Of a DNA stretch of 41,569 bases, positions 9,080 to 18,478 are shown piece after piece. Source of the DNA: a virus (Duplodnaviria; Caudoviricetes); IMG/VR virus record IMGVR_UViG_3300015050_000800, positions 1 through 41,569 of that record; one strand, written 5' to 3'. The notes beneath the pieces were generated by a model. The model was not told the DNA's origin and did not search any database. It was given only the letters and a program-made list of their open reading frames with translations. Within the stretch, counting starts at the first letter, position 1. Each line of letters opens with the position of its first letter. The position numbers were made by a program, and so were the translations under genes.

Positions 9080-10987
9080 ATGCCGACGCTGAACATTGAC
9101 GGCAAGCGCGTTACGGTAGACGACAGCTTTCTCAAGCTGTCACCGGAGCAGCAAAATTCGACCGTTGATGAGATTGCGTCGTCGTTTAAGGCTCCAAAGC
9201 CAGTCGCGCCGCCACAGGCAGAACAAACGACCGCTCCAGCCGAACGGCTGACGCTCGACTTTATGAATCAAGGCTCGGCTGCTGGTCAGCGCACGACGCC
9301 GAACATTCAGGCCCAGATGAAGAACTTCATCTCGGATGATGTTCATGAGAACGATGCTGGCGAGGTTCTTTATCGCGATCCGCAGTCGGGTAAATTGATC
9401 CCGACCGATCAGACCAAGCAAGTCGCGTTGCGTGACCCGGCAGATAACAAGATCAAGATATTTGCTCGCACGCCGGATACCAACGAGGGCGTCCTGTCGT
9501 CTGCGGGGCGTTTGCTCGGTACAGGCTTGGCTTCTGGTGCGCCCACGTCAAGGGCGGCGCAGATTGCTGCGCCGGTCGCGGAGGCGGCGCAAGAGCTTCG
9601 CCCCGGCCAGCAAGTTATCGCTGCGGCTGATCGGCTTTCTGCTGCGGGTTCGCCTGTGCAGGTGCCGCGCGCTGTTGCGACAGATAATATGTCCGTGCAG
9701 CAAGCCGGAGCAGCAACATCCAATATCCCGTTTGCAGGGACGCCGCTGGTTAAGGCGGCAGAGCAAACCATCAAGCAGCTCGGCACGAAGGCGGATGAAG
9801 TCTCGCAGGGCTTTGGCTCCGGCAAGTCAGTAGCCGAGGCGGGCGATACTGCTCGCACCGCTGTTAAGGATTGGATCACGGGCGAGAGCGCGGCGAACGC
9901 CAGCAAGCTCTATGACCGTGTTGACAGCCTTGTTGATCCGAACGTCAAGACGCCGCTCAATGCGACGCGCGAAACCATCGCTGAAATTGCTGCGAAGCGC
10001 TCGGCGGCGGGCTTGCCTTCTGGCAAGGCCACGGACTCAGTGCTTGAAGCCGTGCAGCGGTCTGACGGCCTGACCTACGAAGGCGTAAAGACGCTACGCA
10101 CAAGCATTGGCGAGGATATGGCGCGCGGCATCCTGCCGGAAGGCGTCTCTGCCGGTGAGTTGAAGAACATCTATGGCGCTCTCACGAAAGACCTGGAAGC
10201 ATCAGTTCAGGCGGCTGGAGGCGAGAAGGCAAGCGCGGCGCTATCTCGCGCAAATCAGTATTACCGACTTGTCTCCGACCGCCGAGAGGCGCTTGCGAAG
10301 ATTGTCGGCTCTGATGGCAATGCTCCTGCGGAAACGGTTTTGAGCCGCATCGAGGCGATGGCCGGTAGCACGTCACGCGCCGACATCTCAAAGCTGGCAC
10401 AGGCCCGTAAGGCTATCGGCGCGGATGACTGGAACGAATTAGCTTCAACGATTGTGGGGAGGCTGGGTCGCGATGTTGAAGGCGATTTCAGCCCGCAGCG
10501 CTTCATTACGGCCTATGGCAAGATTTCCGACGCCGGGAAGCATGTCCTGTTTCGCTCTGGCGGCAAGAGCGAACTGGCGAGCCATCTAGACGACATTGCC
10601 AAGGTATCAAGTCGGTTCAAGGAATTGCAGAAGTTCTCCAACCCGTCAGGCACGGCAAGGGCTGGCTTTGGCGGCCTGATCGGCGCTGGTGCATTTGCGG
10701 AGCCGTTGACCACGCTAACGACGGTTCTGGGTGGCCGCGCTCTGGCGGTTGCTCTGGCAAAACCAGCCTCGGCTGCATCTATCGCGAAATGGGCGAAGGC
10801 GAATGAAGCCATCGTGCGGTCGCCAAGTCCTGCGCGTTTGTCTGCGCTGAATACCGCTTCAAAGAACCTGATTAGTACGCTGGGCGTGAAGAACCTCTCC
10901 ACGACCGACTTCCTGCGAGCGCTTCAATCTCCGGGCGTAGGCCGCGCCAACGATCAGCCAGACGTTCCACGGCCACCAGGCCAGTAA
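9080..10987 (+). CDS. Large DNA ejection protein (gp16-like position)
   Basis: 635 aa, Ala-rich and helical; NPSGTA motif near the C-terminus. Confidence 0.6.
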   Translation: MPTLNIDGKRVTVDDSFLKLSPEQQNSTVDEIASSFKAPKPVAPPQAEQTTAPAERLTLDFMNQGSAAGQRTTPNIQAQMKNFISDDVHENDAGEVLYRDPQSGKLIPTDQTKQVALRDPADNKIKIFARTPDTNEGVLSSAGRLLGTGLASGAPTSRAAQIAAPVAEAAQELRPGQQVIAAADRLSAAGSPVQVPRAVATDNMSVQQAGAATSNIPFAGTPLVKAAEQTIKQLGTKADEVSQGFGSGKSVAEAGDTARTAVKDWITGESAANASKLYDRVDSLVDPNVKTPLNATRETIAEIAAKRSAAGLPSGKATDSVLEAVQRSDGLTYEGVKTLRTSIGEDMARGILPEGVSAGELKNIYGALTKDLEASVQAAGGEKASAALSRANQYYRLVSDRREALAKIVGSDGNAPAETVLSRIEAMAGSTSRADISKLAQARKAIGADDWNELASTIVGRLGRDVEGDFSPQRFITAYGKISDAGKHVLFRSGGKSELASHLDDIAKVSSRFKELQKFSNPSGTARAGFGGLIGAGAFAEPLTTLTTVLGGRALAVALAKPASAASIAKWAKANEAIVRSPSPARLSALNTASKNLISTLGVKNLSTTDFLRALQSPGVGRANDQPDVPRPPGQ

Positions 10988-11015
10988 CACAACCACCACG
11001 CAATAAATCAAAAAC

Positions 11016-11046
11016 AGCCCTGCTCGCGCGGGGCTTTTCCTTTTTG
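11016..11046 (+). terminator. Rho-independent terminator
   Basis: AGCCCTGC-TCGC-GCGGGGCT stem followed by T-tracts. Confidence 0.75.
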
Positions 11047-11058
11047 GGAAGGGTCTAG

Positions 11059-12042
11059 ATGGCCGGGTCAATTAGTCTCTCGATGCAAACCCTGTTCGGA
11101 AGCACAGGACAGTTGTTGGCTGGTGGACAAGTAATATTCATTGCTGCCGGTACAACCTCCGATCCGCAAAATGCTTACTACGACGCCGACCTTACTGCGC
11201 CGCTTCCATACCCCTTTACGCTGGATGCCAGCGCGAGGATGCCAGCATTCTACCTCGCTGACGGGCAAATCAAAGTCCGTATTCTTGATGAAAATGGCGT
11301 CCAGCAATACTCACAAGATAACATTTTGGTTGTTGGTCCATCCTCGGGCGGCGGCGGCGGCGGCGGCGTAGACCCTACCGTTATTTTCCAGACCGGCGAC
11401 TGCCTTTGGCTCGACGTGCAGGGCACGCGCACTGGCTGGGTCCGCGATAACGGTCGGTCTATCGGTTCAACGACATCAGGCGCGACTGAGCGTGCGAATG
11501 CGGACACAGCGGCACTGTTCGCATATCTCTGGAACAACTTTTCCAACACAATTTGCCCGGTTTCGACAGGGCGCGGTGACAATGCTGCCGCAGACTTTGC
11601 GGCGAACAAGAATATTACACTCCCCGATAAGCGCGGCTACATTCCCGGCGGCCTCGATGACATGGGCAATAGCGCGGCATCGCGTTGGGCCAACGTTCCG
11701 GTTGTGTCTGGGTCTGTCACTGACGCTGGCTCGGTGTTGGGTGAGGCTACACATGCCCTTACAGCAGGTGAACATGCTTCACATGACCACGATGTTTATC
11801 TCAACGATCCCGGCCACACTCACACTGTCCCGCTAGGAGCCACGTCCACGGCAGGCGGCGCTGGGTCCGGTGGCGCTGTAGGCGCTGGTCCTACCTCAAC
11901 AAGTTCCTCGACCACCGGCCTGCAAGTCCGCAGCGCGACTGCTGGCGGCGGCACACAGAACAAAACCAACACCCAAGGCTCCGGCACCGCCCATAACAAC
12001 GTGCAAAAGACCGTGCTTGGCACGTTCTACCGTAAGCTGTGA
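11059..12042 (+). CDS. Tail fibre with head-binding-like N-terminus and tail-collar domain
   Basis: N-terminal LAGGQVIF..PYPFTLDA, poly-Gly linker, collar motifs GW..NG..LFAYL..LPD.RG, HSHDH and AHNNVQ tip. Confidence 0.7.
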   Translation: MAGSISLSMQTLFGSTGQLLAGGQVIFIAAGTTSDPQNAYYDADLTAPLPYPFTLDASARMPAFYLADGQIKVRILDENGVQQYSQDNILVVGPSSGGGGGGGVDPTVIFQTGDCLWLDVQGTRTGWVRDNGRSIGSTTSGATERANADTAALFAYLWNNFSNTICPVSTGRGDNAAADFAANKNITLPDKRGYIPGGLDDMGNSAASRWANVPVVSGSVTDAGSVLGEATHALTAGEHASHDHDVYLNDPGHTHTVPLGATSTAGGAGSGGAVGAGPTSTSSSTTGLQVRSATAGGGTQNKTNTQGSGTAHNNVQKTVLGTFYRKL

Positions 12043-12053
12043 GGGGCATTTAG

Positions 12054-12395
12054 ATGGGCATCACTCTAAACGCCTCGACCACAAATCGCGCGGATTGGAA
12101 AACCAACTTCCAATTCACTGACGGCGATACTGGCGACCTTATCGACTTCACCGGGGCGTCCATCGAGGTCGAGGTTCGCGACCAGCAGGGCTGCTTAAAG
12201 ATCGAAGCCACGACCGACAACGGCAAACTCACCATTCTTTCGCTCGGCGTTATCCAGATGCTTATTCCCGCATCGGAGATGTCGAACATCTGCGCGGGCC
12301 AATATGACATTGGCGGTTTGTACGTTTTGAACGATGAAACCATTTCGCTCTTTACCGGAGAAGTGCAAATCCGCGAAGGGGTGGTGCGCGTATGA
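12054..12395 (+). CDS. Virion adaptor/Ig-like protein (putative tailspike attachment)
   Basis: IDFTGASIEVEVR and GQYD motifs; ATGA-coupled to the tailspike. Confidence 0.45.
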   Translation: MGITLNASTTNRADWKTNFQFTDGDTGDLIDFTGASIEVEVRDQQGCLKIEATTDNGKLTILSLGVIQMLIPASEMSNICAGQYDIGGLYVLNDETISLFTGEVQIREGVVRV

Positions 12396-14785
12396 GTACC
12401 CCAACGATTAAGGTCAAAGTTTTCCCGAAGGCCGTTATCAAAGGGAAGATGGATGTTCGCTTTCCTGCGAGCGTGACGGGAGCGGGCGGTATCTCTGTCG
12501 TTAGCGCCAACGGCGGTTACACGATTTCGCCTGATGCTGGTGTACTTGGGGACGTTGTTGGACCCGAGTCGAACGTGGGTGTTCCGGGCAAGGTTGCCAT
12601 ATTCGCTGACAAACATCATATCGGCGCGTCCGTTATCAGCGAATCCGACCTGTCCGCTTCTGTGCTTGCGCCAGAGTATGGGTCTGTAGCAGAGGTTGGG
12701 GCAACCAGCATCAACCCAAACGCAGATTGGCTGCGAACTACTGGCTACTACGAACCAGGCGACGGCGGTGGTGCGCTTTACGCGCGGGCACTTAGTGAGC
12801 CGTCGCATAGTGGAAAGATACAATCTCTCGACGATGCGTGGTGGGAAATCGCGGAATCTGACACGCTGAGTGTTAGGGCCTTTGGTGTCGTCTGCGACGG
12901 CGACACGGCAAACGCATCAAGCAACCGGACGATCCTCAACGCAATCCTTTCCGAATTTTCCGGGAAGACGTTTGTTCTCCCGTCTGGGTCGGTGACTGTC
13001 ATCGATGCCAGGATCAATATCTCAACTGGCGGCATTACACTGACCTCGGATGGCGCTCAGAAGGCGACCATTAAGACGACATCGCTTACCGATGACATCA
13101 TAAGAGTGAACGTCGCCGCGAACATCCTCAGCGAAATCTCTGTCTCAAATATCATCTTAGATTCCACAGTCACAAAGACGGCGGGCGTCTCGCTCAATTT
13201 GAGGGCCACCGCAGGCGGCGCGCTCTATAGGAGTACGTTCAGAGACATCGAGACTCGCGATAGTACCTTTTGCGGCATTGCTCTTAACAGCGGCTTTTTT
13301 AACACTTTCGAGAACATCAAAATCTTCGGAGTAGGGGCAAACGGTTTCGGCCTCAGCTTTGCAGGCATCGATTCGAGCAATATTGTCGGGAACGTCTTCC
13401 TTATAAATATCAACGTGAGTTCGTCCGCGACACCAGGCGGCGTCTCGCGCGGCATCTACATTGCCGATCATGCGGAGGGCATCTACGGCACGAATATTAT
13501 TCTGGAGAGCAGAGGGCTGAATCAGTGCCTTTACATCGCCAACCCGTCAGGAACGGGGGGGAACGAGGCGCCAAAGAACATATGGTTCACGCAGCTTATC
13601 GCAGACGCCCCGACCAATCAGGGCATGTATATTGAGTTTGTGAGAACGCTACGCTGCATTGGGTGCTGGACAACATCGTCTCTCGATGCAGGGGTAACCA
13701 TAGTCAAGGGCGTTGACATCGAGTTCGTGGGTCACGCCGCAATCGCTAACGCAACCTACGGTGTGCACCTCAACTCGGCAGTTAAGAACTTCCGCTACCT
13801 CGGCGGCGTGATCGATGGAAACGCGAGTTATGGAGCGCTGATCGATGCTAACACGACGGACTTCAAGTTCGTCGGAACTGATTTTAAGCGGTCGGGTACG
13901 ACGCCTGCCAGTTCGTATGATATTTACATAGCGACGGGCAGCTCAGACAACTACGACATCTCCCACAACAATCTAAACGGAAGTATTACCGGATCGTTGT
14001 TTGATGGCGGCAGCGGCACGAACAAGACGATTCTCGGCAACATCAGCGCGACATTCCCTGTCGCGAACAAGCTTCCGACCGCCTTAACTGCGCCGGGGTT
14101 TGTTGGCCCGCTTACTGGAAGCGTAACGGGGAACGTAACTGGCAATGCCAGCACGGCAACCCTCGCTGCGTCTGCAACGGCACTGGCGACCGCCCGCGCG
14201 ATCTATGGAAACAACTTCGATGGCACGGCGGCGCTGACGCAAATCATTGCCTCGACCTATGGCGGCACCGGCAACGGCTTTACGAAATTCACCGGCCCAA
14301 CAACGTCAGAAAAGACGTTCACGCTTCCGAATGCCAGCGCCACCATCGCGCGGACCGATGCGGCTCAGACTTTTACCGGGACTCAGACATTCCGGGATGT
14401 GTTGATCAACAGCGGCGGCACATCATCGAATTTCTCTCTATCAAATTCTAGCGGGAATAATTTTGGATTTGGATTTACCGGCGCAACGGCAACTTATGAC
14501 AGCCCAGGGACAGCCGGAACTCACCAATTTCGTGGTGAGGGATTTGTAAACATCGTTCTTATGGACAAATCGAAGGCGGATTTCACCGCCCCGATTAAGT
14601 TTCCGTCGTTTACCTTTGCGACGCTTCCATCTGGCTCAACGGGTCTAACAGTTTTCTGCTCCAATGTCCGCGTATTCAATGGCGCTGGAACGCAGGAAGG
14701 TTCTGGCGCGGGGACGGGTGGTCTAGTCACGCATAACGGAACGGCATGGAAAATTGCCGGGACCAATGTGACTGCAGTTGCCTAA
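12392..14785 (+). CDS. Tailspike / polysaccharide depolymerase (right-handed beta-helix)
   Basis: GYYEPGDGGGALY and SVRAFGVVCDGDT pectate-lyase-type entry motifs, then Asn/Ile/Gly-rich repeats. Confidence 0.82.
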   Translation: MSTPTIKVKVFPKAVIKGKMDVRFPASVTGAGGISVVSANGGYTISPDAGVLGDVVGPESNVGVPGKVAIFADKHHIGASVISESDLSASVLAPEYGSVAEVGATSINPNADWLRTTGYYEPGDGGGALYARALSEPSHSGKIQSLDDAWWEIAESDTLSVRAFGVVCDGDTANASSNRTILNAILSEFSGKTFVLPSGSVTVIDARINISTGGITLTSDGAQKATIKTTSLTDDIIRVNVAANILSEISVSNIILDSTVTKTAGVSLNLRATAGGALYRSTFRDIETRDSTFCGIALNSGFFNTFENIKIFGVGANGFGLSFAGIDSSNIVGNVFLININVSSSATPGGVSRGIYIADHAEGIYGTNIILESRGLNQCLYIANPSGTGGNEAPKNIWFTQLIADAPTNQGMYIEFVRTLRCIGCWTTSSLDAGVTIVKGVDIEFVGHAAIANATYGVHLNSAVKNFRYLGGVIDGNASYGALIDANTTDFKFVGTDFKRSGTTPASSYDIYIATGSSDNYDISHNNLNGSITGSLFDGGSGTNKTILGNISATFPVANKLPTALTAPGFVGPLTGSVTGNVTGNASTATLAASATALATARAIYGNNFDGTAALTQIIASTYGGTGNGFTKFTGPTTSEKTFTLPNASATIARTDAAQTFTGTQTFRDVLINSGGTSSNFSLSNSSGNNFGFGFTGATATYDSPGTAGTHQFRGEGFVNIVLMDKSKADFTAPIKFPSFTFATLPSGSTGLTVFCSNVRVFNGAGTQEGSGAGTGGLVTHNGTAWKIAGTNVTAVA

Positions 14786-15546
14786 TCGAGACGGTTTACC
14801 AGATCGAAGACGTGATGATCGTTCGTCATTAAGCTCTCAAGGAATCTCGCTGCATCTTCGGGACTGGAAGGCAATGGGCTGGCCGGTCCCTCATATTCGA
14901 CGGAAAAAAGCGCTGAATTGAGATGTGTCGTGGCATTCGCAAGGAAGCCAGACAAGGAGATCCCCGACATCCGTAGCGCCATCGGGTTGCACTCGAAGAG
15001 AAAGACGGGGTTGTGATGTTTGATGACGTGGCTGGCGCCTTTCAACGCAGCAATCTCGTATCCCTCCACATCAAGCTTGATGAACCCAACGGGGCCGAGG
15101 TCGTGCTGACGAACAAAATTGTCGATCGACATTTGTTTAACATCGTATGATCCGGGCTTGTCTTCCATCCTGCTGCCCGAATGATTTCCGGGCATCTCCG
15201 TAAACTTCTCGGTTTTTGTCTCGGCTCCTATAGCCATTTGATGCGCGCTTACGTTGCGACCGAGAACGCCATTTTGTTTTAGATTTGCTTCCAGATAGGC
15301 GAAGCTGATGCGGCTTGGTTCAAACGAATGAACGTGAGCTTCGGGAAGAATGTCATGCATCAGGAGTGCCGCGAGTCCGATATTCGCGCCGATGTCCAAA
15401 ATTCGAGCTTTGGCAAATTGCTTTTGGCGGGTTCTGAGAAATGTGGATAGCCCGCCCAGATCGTTTGCGGGAAGCTGCGCGAAATACGCGTCCTTGGGGT
15501 CTCCTGAAACCTTGTAGGTTTTCGAAAAGCTGACTTCCTTAATCAT
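14782..15546 (-). CDS. FkbM-family SAM-dependent methyltransferase (moron)
   Basis: ILDIGANIG, SFEP and FIKLDVEGYE motifs; antisense to the late operon. Confidence 0.9.
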   Translation of the reverse strand: MIKEVSFSKTYKVSGDPKDAYFAQLPANDLGGLSTFLRTRQKQFAKARILDIGANIGLAALLMHDILPEAHVHSFEPSRISFAYLEANLKQNGVLGRNVSAHQMAIGAETKTEKFTEMPGNHSGSRMEDKPGSYDVKQMSIDNFVRQHDLGPVGFIKLDVEGYEIAALKGASHVIKHHNPVFLFECNPMALRMSGISLSGFLANATTHLNSALFSVEYEGPASPLPSSPEDAARFLESLMTNDHHVFDLVNRLD

Positions 15547-15748
15547 CCACTACAACGCTTCGCAACATCTTAAGCGCGGCATCGGACAAGCCTGCACGAA
15601 TTTCGCTGATGCTCTCTACTGACGGTTCGAGGCCAGCGTAGCGGTTAACTTCTCGAACAAATGCCTCAAGGCCTCTTAATTGAGCGGGCGGCACGTCACC
15701 AATTGGATCGCGCTTTCCCTCAACAATATTGATGACGCTATCTGCCAT
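15539..15748 (-). CDS. Small hypothetical protein (69 aa) coupled to FkbM
   Basis: ATG at 15748 with AGGGAGGA RBS; overlaps the FkbM start. Confidence 0.55.
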   Translation of the reverse strand: MADSVINIVEGKRDPIGDVPPAQLRGLEAFVREVNRYAGLEPSVESISEIRAGLSDAALKMLRSVVVDD

Positions 15749-15817
15749 TTCGTCCTCCCTGATCGCGGGAAGATATAGCCGCGCCTTAAGTTCCGCAACC
15801 GCCCAGAACCGACACCC

Positions 15818-15840
15818 AGCCCGCATCGTGCGGGCTTTTT
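15818..15840 (+). terminator. Intrinsic terminator-like hairpin upstream of the lysis cassette
   Basis: AGCCCGCA-TCG-TGCGGGCT followed by TTTT. Confidence 0.7.
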
Positions 15841-15861
15841 CTATGCCTGAAAGGAAATCCA

Positions 15862-15966
15862 ATGCTCAATAAAATTGGCGAAACCATCGTCCAGACCGTC
15901 CGAGACTACCCCAAGGGCACGCTGATCGTGGCGGGTGTTCTGATCGTTGTGGCGCTGTTTGTCTAA
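15862..15966 (+). CDS. 34-aa single-TM peptide (not in the ORF track)
   Basis: MLNKIGETIVQTVRDYPKGTLIVAGVLIVVALFV; AAGGA RBS; TAATG-coupled to the holin. Confidence 0.6.
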   Translation: MLNKIGETIVQTVRDYPKGTLIVAGVLIVVALFV

Positions 15967-16241
15967 TGCGCCTGATTGACGATTGGCGCGCGGTCCTACG
16001 TTATTCGTGGTCTGCCCGGTTCATGGCGCTCAGTCTCGCGGTCATTATCGCAGAGCCGGTCTTTACCGCCCTCATTGATCTGTTCGTCACGCCTTCTGTC
16101 TGGCTCACCGTTGGCCTGCGCACAGTGAGCGGGCTTCTGGCCTTTGCCGGGATTTACGCTCGCGTCGTAGCCCAGCGCGAGATTGAAACCGTAGTTACGC
16201 CCAAGGGCGCGGCTGACATTAAAGCCGAGGCCAAGGAATGA
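15966..16241 (+). CDS. Holin
   Basis: MRLIDDWR..SWS start, two TM helices, ARVVAQ; directly before the endolysin. Confidence 0.8.
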   Translation: MRLIDDWRAVLRYSWSARFMALSLAVIIAEPVFTALIDLFVTPSVWLTVGLRTVSGLLAFAGIYARVVAQREIETVVTPKGAADIKAEAKE

Positions 16242-16720
16242 CGCCAAACCAACAGAAGGGCGTAACAGCGGGTGTGGCTGCCGTTCTAGCACTCACTGCT
16301 GCTCTGGTCGCGCCATACGAGGGCTTCTACCCCAAAACGTACAAGGACATGGTTGGCGTCCCCACGGTCTGCTTTGGCGAGACTGAAAAGGAAGCCGTCG
16401 CGCTTGGTCGCATTCGTCCGTACACGCGCAAAGAGTGCGAGGACATGCTGGCTGGCTCTCTCCAGAAATACTACGCGGGGATGATGGCATGTGTTCACAA
16501 GCCGATGACCGTCAATATGCAGGTCGCCTTCACTTCCGCCACTTACAACTTCGGAATCGGCGGCTTCTGCAAAAGCTCGATGGCGCGTCTCGTGAACGCC
16601 GGGAAGCCAAAAGAAGCCTGCAACGCGCTGATGATGTGGAACAGGGCTGGCGGGCGAGTGGTTCGCGGCCTGACCATCCGTCGCGCGGGTGAGCGCGCTA
16701 GATGCTTGGAGGGATTGTAA
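16238..16720 (+). CDS. SAR endolysin (GH24 lysozyme)
   Basis: Ala/Gly-rich N-terminal anchor; E-x8-D-x5-T triad (EGFYPKTYKDMVGVPT); YNFG and GLTIRR. Confidence 0.92.
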   Translation: MTPNQQKGVTAGVAAVLALTAALVAPYEGFYPKTYKDMVGVPTVCFGETEKEAVALGRIRPYTRKECEDMLAGSLQKYYAGMMACVHKPMTVNMQVAFTSATYNFGIGGFCKSSMARLVNAGKPKEACNALMMWNRAGGRVVRGLTIRRAGERARCLEGL

Positions 16721-17064
16721 TGCCGTACTGGCTTCAAGCTCAGGCTGCTGGCCTGTGGGCGCTCGTTTGGCATTACGGGGTTGGCGTCGGCGTCTGCATC
16801 CTGGCGCTCGCTTGGGCGTGGTTTATGCCCGTTTTCAAGAAAACATCGCTCTGGGTTGCTCTCGGCGCAATCATCGTCACCACATCATACGGCATAGGAG
16901 TTTCCAATGGATCGGCGCGAGTTAAAGCGCAGTGGGATGCGGCTATCGCTGCTTCCATCGAACAGTCAGAAAAGGCTCGCACTGACGCTGAGCGGGATGT
17001 TTCTGGCGACATTCCTAGCCAGTTGCCAAACGACAGGTACAACCGTGACAACGCGGGAAGGTAG
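16720..17064 (+). CDS. Inner-membrane spanin (Rz-like)
   Basis: N-terminal TM segments followed by a helical domain; follows the endolysin. Confidence 0.65.
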   Translation: MPYWLQAQAAGLWALVWHYGVGVGVCILALAWAWFMPVFKKTSLWVALGAIIVTTSYGIGVSNGSARVKAQWDAAIAASIEQSEKARTDAERDVSGDIPSQLPNDRYNRDNAGR

Positions 17065-17176
17065 GTGCGCAGCGTGGCGCGCAATCACCTATTCGGCCAA
17101 GGGCGATACTAAGCTAACCGTCGATCAAATCCGCACTCACAACCTTGTTGGCCGCAAACTCGGGTGCTGGAAATGA
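16937..17176 (+). CDS. Outer-membrane spanin lipoprotein (Rz1-like)
   Basis: Overlaps the i-spanin in another frame; lipobox LASC. Confidence 0.7.
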   Translation: MRLSLLPSNSQKRLALTLSGMFLATFLASCQTTGTTVTTREGRCAAWRAITYSAKGDTKLTVDQIRTHNLVGRKLGCWK

Positions 17177-17457
17177 CCCGGCGCAAGCCCACAATAGACC
17201 GCGAGGACGGCAACTGGCACTTGGATCGTAAAGTCCCTATAGCGCTGATCCTTGCGATCCTTCTGCAAACCATTGGCATCGGTTGGTGGGGTGCCTCCAC
17301 CAATGCCCGCCTCAACGCCCTTGAAGAAAAGGCCACCTTGGCCTCCACACAGCCGGAACGTCTGGCGCGCGTGGAAACCAAGTTGGAGTCAGTTCAAGAC
17401 GGCATTGTGGAAATCAAATCGATCCTCCGCAAAGAACCTGTGCCGGTTCGGAAATGA
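17173..17457 (+). CDS. Single-TM coiled-coil protein (lysis region)
   Basis: WHLDRKVP, a TM helix, then the coiled coil ERLARVETKLE. Confidence 0.6.
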   Translation: MTRRKPTIDREDGNWHLDRKVPIALILAILLQTIGIGWWGASTNARLNALEEKATLASTQPERLARVETKLESVQDGIVEIKSILRKEPVPVRK

Positions 17458-17627
17458 AGTTCATCGCGCTCTTGATCCTCATCGGTCTAGCGCAATGGTA
17501 CTTCCGCAAGCCTCCGCCTCCCGTCGTTCATATCGTTCCTTATTGTCCATCCGAGACGCTGAGGTTTCAAGACGGCGGTGCGGTGTATCTGCCTTGCAGC
17601 GAAGTCGACCGCTACGAATACGCCTAA
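17454..17627 (+). CDS. 57-aa signal/TM peptide (not in the ORF track)
   Basis: MKFIALLILIGLAQWYFRKPPPP..., ATGA overlap with the previous gene. Confidence 0.5.
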   Translation: MKFIALLILIGLAQWYFRKPPPPVVHIVPYCPSETLRFQDGGAVYLPCSEVDRYEYA

Positions 17628-17648
17628 CTACACACGAAAAGGGGTTTC

Positions 17649-17747
17649 ATGAATCCAGTCGCGACTTTCGCGCTGCTGACGATGCTTGGCCTGTTGTTCA
17701 TCGGCGGCATCATTCATACCTTCAAACTGCGGGGCATCGCATGGTAG
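17649..17747 (+). CDS. 32-aa TM peptide (not in the ORF track)
   Basis: MNPVATFALLTMLGLLFIGGIIHTFKLRGIAW; AAGGGG RBS. Confidence 0.5.
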   Translation: MNPVATFALLTMLGLLFIGGIIHTFKLRGIAW

Positions 17748-18478
17748 GCCCCAAAATCCTCTTTATCGACATTGAGACTGCACCTATTTTAATGACCTCG
17801 TGGTCAATCCGCGCTCCTTATGCGGGCGCGGTCTGGGTTGAACGCGATACTTACATTCTATCCTTCGCCGCTCGCTGGAATGGTGGCAAGAAAACCAAGA
17901 CTTGGGCGCTCCCGGATTATCCCGGCTACAAGCGCAACCGGCACAGCGACAAGGCGATATGCAGCACACTGCACGCCATGCTCGACGAGGCGGATATTTG
18001 CGTTGCTCACAACGGCGATGCCTTCGACATTAAGAAGATCAATTCCCGCCTAGCCGTTAACGGCTTCAAGCCACCATCCCCCTTCAAGACAATCGACACG
18101 CTAAAAATTTCCCGCCGCATGTTCAAGTTCGACTCCCACAAGCTCGATAACATCGGGCGCTATCTGGGCGAGGGGCGGAAGATCCCGAATACGGGTGCGG
18201 CCCTCTGGCGAGGCTGCTCAGAGGGTGACCCGAAATCATGGGCAACCATGAAGCGGTACAACGCGCAGGACGTGGACCTTCTTGTGAGAGTTTACGAGCG
18301 CCTTAAAGCGTGGTCGCCCAACCATCCAAATCTCAATCTGTATTCGCAGCATGTCGGCTGCCCGACGTGTCAAAGCTCTAACGTCCAGCGCCGTGGTGTT
18401 GAGGTGAAAGCCAATACCCGCAAGCAAAGGTTTCAGTGCCAGGATTGCTCGGCGTGGTTTAGCGGGGCTAAGGTATGA
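17741..18478 (+). CDS. RNase H-fold (DEDDy) 3'-5' exonuclease with C-terminal Zn ribbon
   Basis: ILFIDIET, AHNGDAFD, YNAQDV motifs; CPTC..CQDC. Start taken at ATG 17741 rather than 17252. Confidence 0.85.
   Translation: MVGPKILFIDIETAPILMTSWSIRAPYAGAVWVERDTYILSFAARWNGGKKTKTWALPDYPGYKRNRHSDKAICSTLHAMLDEADICVAHNGDAFDIKKINSRLAVNGFKPPSPFKTIDTLKISRRMFKFDSHKLDNIGRYLGEGRKIPNTGAALWRGCSEGDPKSWATMKRYNAQDVDLLVRVYERLKAWSPNHPNLNLYSQHVGCPTCQSSNVQRRGVEVKANTRKQRFQCQDCSAWFSGAKV

Noticed and set aside
11348-11367. (GGC)n tract as a phase-variable repeat
   Set aside because: It is an in-frame poly-Gly hinge typical of tail fibres.
11059-14785. Diversity-generating retroelement or invertase-based tail switching
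   Set aside because: No reverse transcriptase, no template/variable repeat pair and no invertase seen.
17252-17740. N-terminal 163 aa of the 408-aa exonuclease ORF
   Set aside because: It overlaps three better-supported small ORFs, and the exonuclease motif begins just after ATG 17741.
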